Positions 15,152 to 15,334 of a stretch of DNA of 15,334 nt are shown here, one piece after another. Both the position numbers and the translations under genes were made by a program. This DNA comes from Candidatus Undinarchaeota archaeon. Its GTDB lineage: Archaea > SpSt-1190. The notes below the pieces were generated by a model. The model ran no database searches. It saw nothing but the letters and a program-made list of their open reading frames with translations, and was not told the origin of the DNA. Location of the stretch: positions 1 to 15,334 of the forward strand of contig CAYVAH010000018.1 of NCBI GenBank assembly GCA_964449215.1. The letters run 5' to 3'. The number at the start of each line of letters is the position of its first letter. Position 1 is the first letter of the stretch.

Positions 15152-15188
15152 CTCAACAATTTCGAGGGAGGTTTAAAATGGCTTTGTG
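15152..15188 (-). promoter_or_regulatory. BRE/TATA promoter of aIF5B
   Basis: Minus strand CAAAGCCATTTTAAAC; TATA 15172-15178, 20 nt before GTG. Confidence 0.55.
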
Positions 15189-15334
15189 TTATTCTGTGTT
15201 TTCCGCCTTCTTTTTGGCCTTTGGTTTCAGCGTTTCCATCTTTCTTTTCAGCTCTTGGAAACCCTTCAGTCTGTCAACATTTTCTATTTCGAAGGTCTTT
15301 TTCAGATGTTCTATGGCATCCGCAGCCTCTTCTC
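15189..15334 (-). CDS. C-terminal fragment of a gene entering from beyond the window
   Basis: Open frame ...EEAADAIEHLKKTFEIENVDRLKGFQELKRKMETLKPKAKKKAENTE-stop (TAA 15189-15191); not identifiable. Confidence 0.6.
   Translation of the reverse strand, partial: EEAADAIEHLKKTFEIENVDRLKGFQELKRKMETLKPKAKKKAENTE

Noticed and set aside
1..15334. Provirus, plasmid or defence island suggested by ligase, nuclease and Cdc6; inteins; CRISPR
   Set aside because: The genes are chromosomal types next to translation genes. No integrase, transposase, att repeat, repeat-spacer array or intein-sized insertion was seen.

Overview
Gene-dense archaeal chromosome segment, most consistent with a DPANN-type archaeon (inferred from compact proteins, the TrmB type and the surface-protein domains). 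The right half is informational housekeeping on the minus strand: aIF5B, rpS6e, aIF2-gamma, a GT2 glycosyltransferase, Cbf5/TruB and Orc1/Cdc6. The middle holds a 901-aa secreted lectin/Ig/CARDB surface protein coupled to a thermonuclease-LTD fusion, an ATP-dependent DNA ligase, a nitroreductase-fold protein and a TrmB regulator. The left end has two orphan genes and a secreted sphericase-like S8 protease. Reading beyond the ORF track reveals two unannotated tiny ORFs at 2245-2395: a 39-aa four-Cys microprotein coupled to trmB, and an 8-codon MGKKKKKK ORF with its own promoter-like signals. Almost every gene has a TATA box 19-21 nt before its start codon (apparently leaderless, often GTG), and aIF2-gamma has lost its zinc knuckle. 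No rRNA, tRNA, CRISPR array, intein or mobile element was recognised. All family calls are from motif recognition; no searches were run.
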